Source: Trichomonas gallinae (taxonomy: Eukaryota). Taken from it: a DNA stretch of 57,075 bases. Location: positions 1-57,075 of the forward strand of contig MRSU01005831.1 in the NCBI GenBank assembly GCA_008369845.1. Direction: 5' to 3'. Under the pieces are notes generated by a model that was not told the origin of the DNA, did not search any database, and saw nothing but the letters and a program-made list of their open reading frames with translations. This document shows, in pieces, positions 53,206 through 57,075 of the stretch (the first letter of the stretch is position 1; each line of letters opens with the position of its first letter). Both the position numbers and the translations under genes were made by a program.

Positions 53206-56200
53206 TTATTCGTTCTTCAATGCCTTCAAACCTGATAATTTCTTGACGATATCAATATTCGGCTTGAAGAATGCGATGCCCCAGTCATAAGCAGCCTTGA
53301 CAACACCGTATACGTTGTTGAACTTCTGCAGTGGCTCATAATCGTCATTTGGCTCAGAAGCACTAGCGCGCGCGATTTTTGTTCCGATTGACATAACTTT
53401 GGCGAGTCCATTTTGCTCTGAGACTAAAGCCATGATGGCACCAGCGAGAGTAACACCGACACCATATGCAGCGAGGCCTGTATCCTTGCCTGGTCTCGTG
53501 CATTCTTTGAGTGCGAAAACGAACTCAATGATGGACCACATAGAAGCGAATCCCTTCATTGTGTTTGCAGGCGGAAGTCTCGCTGATCCTTCGATGAGCG
53601 AATCTTCAGCGAACAAGCCTTGCTCGTTTACGTATTCTTTCAGCAAGACTTGGAATGCCCACCTCAGACACATGCCAGCACTGTCGACAGCAATGTCTGA
53701 GCTCTGGCCTGTGATCTGGCCGACAGACTTCGCGAAATTGTCGTCGAAAAGCTTGTCAATGCCCTTCTTGTACTCATCTTTAGACTTGAGGACAGACAAA
53801 GCGTGCGCGAGAGAGAACCTTCTGATAACGAGGGCTTCATCGAGCATTTCGAGGGCAATGAATAAGTTGCCGAGTGCTTGCAGTGACAACAGGAGGTTCT
53901 CCATTTGCTTGTCATCTGTAAGGTATTTGTATGCAGACTCATAGCGAGCGAAGACGTTCTTAGGAAGTGTGCCATATGGAGAATCTTTGACTCTCGATAA
54001 GCGAGGCTTGATTGCAGAATAAGCTTCTGTGAAGTTCTTGAAGATCTTCGGGATGTGTGATTCTATGTACCTCATCATGACAGCGAGGGATCCTTCGCTG
54101 CACTGTCTGACGAAGAAAGTGAAGTGGGAAACAGTGACGAATGCAAGAGAGTTTTCTGTCGCGATGACCATAATCTTACCGATCTCCGATGAGCCGAGTG
54201 ACGATGATGGCTTGAGGGCAACTTTCTTGTTGGGGATGAATCTGTGTGGGTTGATGGCGAGAGTGTACTTAGGGATGATCTCCTTGAACAAATGTGATAT
54301 TGTGTTCTTGAAGTAGTCGCCGATGAAAGTGAGCGGATTGCTGTCATTCTTCGCACCACGCGCGATGGAAGTGAAAGGAAGCAGTGGAAGGCCATTCTCT
54401 GTCAGTAATCTGTGAGTATCCCTGAGTACTTCCAAGCCGTGTGATATTGCGAGCGCGGCTGTAAGTCCGTGCTTCTTCGCGAGGTCGAACAAATCAGCGA
54501 CACCTTGGTTCATTGACTTGTCGACAACCTGCGCGATAATCTGTGTGATTGAGATGTTCTTTGCCAGGTAGTGGAACCTGTTCTGCTGAATGATAGTCCT
54601 CAATCTGTAGGCCTTGGAAATTGGCAGCGTTGTGTCACCTTTAAGATTATCGGCAACATATGCTGTCATCTTGTCTGGGAACTGTCTCAATGTCGAAAAG
54701 GCTCTGAAAGCGTTGAAAGTGAATGTGGCTATGATAGCGTTGAGTGTGTCAGTGCAAACCTGTCCTTCCGAGCGAATTTCGTCTGCCATCAAATCGCTTT
54801 TGTGCATCTTCGTTGCAGTGTAAAGCGCATCATCATATATAGCGAGTGGATAGAAAATAAGTTCTGTGAGTTCTGGCTGCTTGTAGTTGTTGAGGGCGAA
54901 GTTGCAGAGTCTCCACGGCATTGAAGCCGTCGGAGAGAAGTGGATTGTGTTGTTGACTTCCAGCTCTACCTCCTTGAAATAGAAATCGCTCTGTAAGACA
55001 GCTTGCTCGAGCAGCTGGTCGAAAGATAAAAGCTCGGCCCACTCGAATGACTGGTTCAAAAAGTTGTTGATTGACTCGATCTGCTTCTGCTTCAGAGCTG
55101 TGGCGGAAGTGAAGGCTCTGCCCTGCCTCATGAACTCTGATATTGGGCACACGATGTGGTGGAGCTGTATTCTGACAAACTCTATAAGCTGCGGAGAAGG
55201 AGCGAAAAGTTTTTCGTCGATTTTTCCATTGAAAGCTTCTTCTTTCATTCCTTTTTCTTTCATTGACCATTTCTCAGAGGCTTCGTAGTGTGTGCCGATT
55301 GAGCGGAGTGATTCCAATATAACTGTAAGTTTATCTTTGTCGCGCGTCATTTTGATATAACATTTGGCGAGTGTGTATTTAATAAATTCTTGCCATGCCG
55401 TGGAAATAGATAAGTTGATTGACTCGAATATGAATGGTGTGTTCGAACGAAGTAAATCGTGTAAATCTCTGCATTGAGATAAAAGTTGAAGAAGAGCGCT
55501 GAGATCATCCTCTTTGTAGCCATAACGCATTGATCTTTCATATGGCTGCAAATTTTCTGGTTCTTTAGGAGGATTTGCTAATTTCTCGCAATATTGCTGC
55601 CGAAGAAGGCTTCTTGTATATGTTAAAAGTCTGATAGCTCTAACTACAGCATCAAGAAGTTCTTTGTTAACTGAAGATGATTTTCTAGTAAGAAAACTTG
55701 AAATTTTCATCGAAATTTCTTCGAATTCTTTCCTGAGGCTTGGTAGTACGTTGCATGGAATTGTTGTCTTTGGTTCAAACGGACCTCCTTGGAACATCGA
55801 CAATTTCTGAATTTTTTCGAATGATCCAAGAGAAAGTTCATGATAGAGCGGAACATAAGGAATCGACTCAACCAGTTCCTTAATTCCTGAAGGAGCACCG
55901 ACTATTAGCGTAAATGGTTCAGGGAATGAATATACGAAGAAAATTAAAGTTGTAAAGTAAGCATAGATAAGATTTGATTGACAATAGCTTCTCTCTTTGA
56001 GCATTTTGCTGAGGGCCGTCCACACGACGTTCGCAACCTTTGGCATGTCTGAGAGCGAAGATAATTCTTTTTGCATCGCTCTTCCGAAGTTATCATGCAT
56101 TGCAAGCCATTCTATTGCAGCTTTTATGCGATTATTTAACATAGCTGTGGATTTTTTATTTAAATATTTCTGTAGATTGTTCAAATCCAATTTTATTGAC

Positions 56201-56685
56201 GTCTTTTTCTTAAGAATTTCATCAATTGCTATGGATTTATAGAAAATATTGCATACTTGAGAGAGAACTACATCAGAATATACGCCATTTGGATCACAAA
56301 TTTGCCTGAAAAATTTAGAAAGTAAATTCGTAACCTTTACGCAAGTTTCCATTGCACTTTCGACGATTTCTAACGCGTTTTCGATTATATTGTGAACATT
56401 TTGAGATATTGCTTCCTCGTTTTGCTGAACATTTTGAAGTCTTTTCTCCAAAATCCACGACATATGCCTACGCTTGTATATTCTTGACAATACATTGTCG
56501 AGCAAGTTATTAATGTTGGATGCTTCCGAGACAACAGCGAGTTCGGAACTTGCTGATAAATGTGAAAGTGTCTGATAAAGTGAATGATCAGCCGTAGTCT
56601 CGTCTTCAATATGAATGAATATCGAATACGGGGCTGATAATGGTGATGTAGATTCAATGGCCAAAGAGTCCAAAGTTTCAAACAT
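53206..56685 (-). CDS. CYFIP: CYFIP/Sra1/PIR121 homologue (WAVE/SCAR regulatory complex subunit)
   Basis: 'YERSMRYGY' resembles CYFIP 'YERATRYNY'. 'SDFYFKEVELE...IHFSPTASMPWRL' resembles 'SQLWFREFFLE...IQFPIEMSMPWIL', and 'IFYPLAIYDDA' resembles 'VLYSLDLYNDSA'. The 1159-aa length is consistent with the family. Confidence 0.9.
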   Translation of the reverse strand: MFETLDSLAIESTSPLSAPYSIFIHIEDETTADHSLYQTLSHLSASSELAVVSEASNINNLLDNVLSRIYKRRHMSWILEKRLQNVQQNEEAISQNVHNIIENALEIVESAMETCVKVTNLLSKFFRQICDPNGVYSDVVLSQVCNIFYKSIAIDEILKKKTSIKLDLNNLQKYLNKKSTAMLNNRIKAAIEWLAMHDNFGRAMQKELSSLSDMPKVANVVWTALSKMLKERSYCQSNLIYAYFTTLIFFVYSFPEPFTLIVGAPSGIKELVESIPYVPLYHELSLGSFEKIQKLSMFQGGPFEPKTTIPCNVLPSLRKEFEEISMKISSFLTRKSSSVNKELLDAVVRAIRLLTYTRSLLRQQYCEKLANPPKEPENLQPYERSMRYGYKEDDLSALLQLLSQCRDLHDLLRSNTPFIFESINLSISTAWQEFIKYTLAKCYIKMTRDKDKLTVILESLRSIGTHYEASEKWSMKEKGMKEEAFNGKIDEKLFAPSPQLIEFVRIQLHHIVCPISEFMRQGRAFTSATALKQKQIESINNFLNQSFEWAELLSFDQLLEQAVLQSDFYFKEVELEVNNTIHFSPTASMPWRLCNFALNNYKQPELTELIFYPLAIYDDALYTATKMHKSDLMADEIRSEGQVCTDTLNAIIATFTFNAFRAFSTLRQFPDKMTAYVADNLKGDTTLPISKAYRLRTIIQQNRFHYLAKNISITQIIAQVVDKSMNQGVADLFDLAKKHGLTAALAISHGLEVLRDTHRLLTENGLPLLPFTSIARGAKNDSNPLTFIGDYFKNTISHLFKEIIPKYTLAINPHRFIPNKKVALKPSSSLGSSEIGKIMVIATENSLAFVTVSHFTFFVRQCSEGSLAVMMRYIESHIPKIFKNFTEAYSAIKPRLSRVKDSPYGTLPKNVFARYESAYKYLTDDKQMENLLLSLQALGNLFIALEMLDEALVIRRFSLAHALSVLKSKDEYKKGIDKLFDDNFAKSVGQITGQSSDIAVDSAGMCLRWAFQVLLKEYVNEQGLFAEDSLIEGSARLPPANTMKGFASMWSIIEFVFALKECTRPGKDTGLAAYGVGVTLAGAIMALVSEQNGLAKVMSIGTKIARASASEPNDDYEPLQKFNNVYGVVKAAYDWGIAFFKPNIDIVKKLSGLKALKNE

Positions 56686-56705
56686 CAGGTAAAACTATTT
56701 ATTTT

Positions 56706-56713
56706 GTCACTTT
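56706..56713 (-). promoter_or_regulatory. AAAGTGAC motif ~20 nt upstream of the CYFIP ATG
   Basis: gtcacttt on the plus strand; same sense-strand orientation as at RAD50 and the talin-like gene. Confidence 0.5.
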
Positions 56714-57075
56714 TTTGGTAATTTCTAACTTTAAAATTCTTTATTTATATACGATTTGCATCAAGAGATAGAAATTTCAAAAAACTGACATGTCACGTTT
56801 TTGTAAATAACAAGCAAAATAAGGCTATAAATATCTTATACATATATATATGATTTCAATTTTTCGAATACGATGAAATTATTATGTTTTTTTATATGAT
56901 CCGCATCCTTTCCACAGCATTGATCGCTTATATATATAGATGGCGATAATGTGTATCTCGATCGAAAAAGCTTTATCCAAAATTAAATAAAATTGAGAAG
57001 TGTTTCAACTCGCTTTCTGGCTTTGTGATAGGATTTGAGATCTCAAAGTTCTAAAGTATCATTTTTATGTCCATC

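Overview
This is a eukaryotic, gene-dense, apparently intronless window, most likely from a trichomonad (Trichomonas vaginalis or a close relative). That call is inferred from TCATTT initiator elements near ATGs, AAAGTGAC upstream motifs, TAAA poly(A) signals overlapping stop codons and the codon usage. Recognisable genes are a divergent cullin, RAD50, an ELMO-domain protein, an RBBP4-like WD40 protein, a HAD phosphatase, a tetraspanin, a cyclin, a MAP kinase with an SEY activation loop, CTR9 and CYFIP/Sra1. There are also several hypothetical genes and a ~5 kb multiply disrupted pseudogene. The standout is a 5485-aa talin-like protein (25225-41682). It has an orphan N-terminal F0-like domain, five tandem talin-type heads (F0-F1-F2-F3), a ~3200-aa helical rod containing its own internal repeat, and a C-terminal I/LWEQ-like actin-binding and dimerisation region. 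Other points of interest are a small SAP/LEM-like + AT-hook + tail-anchor protein, a MITE-like element with a related copy 44.4 kb away, a perfect promoter palindrome and several intergenic minisatellites. All homology calls were made by eye from recalled motifs; no database search was run.
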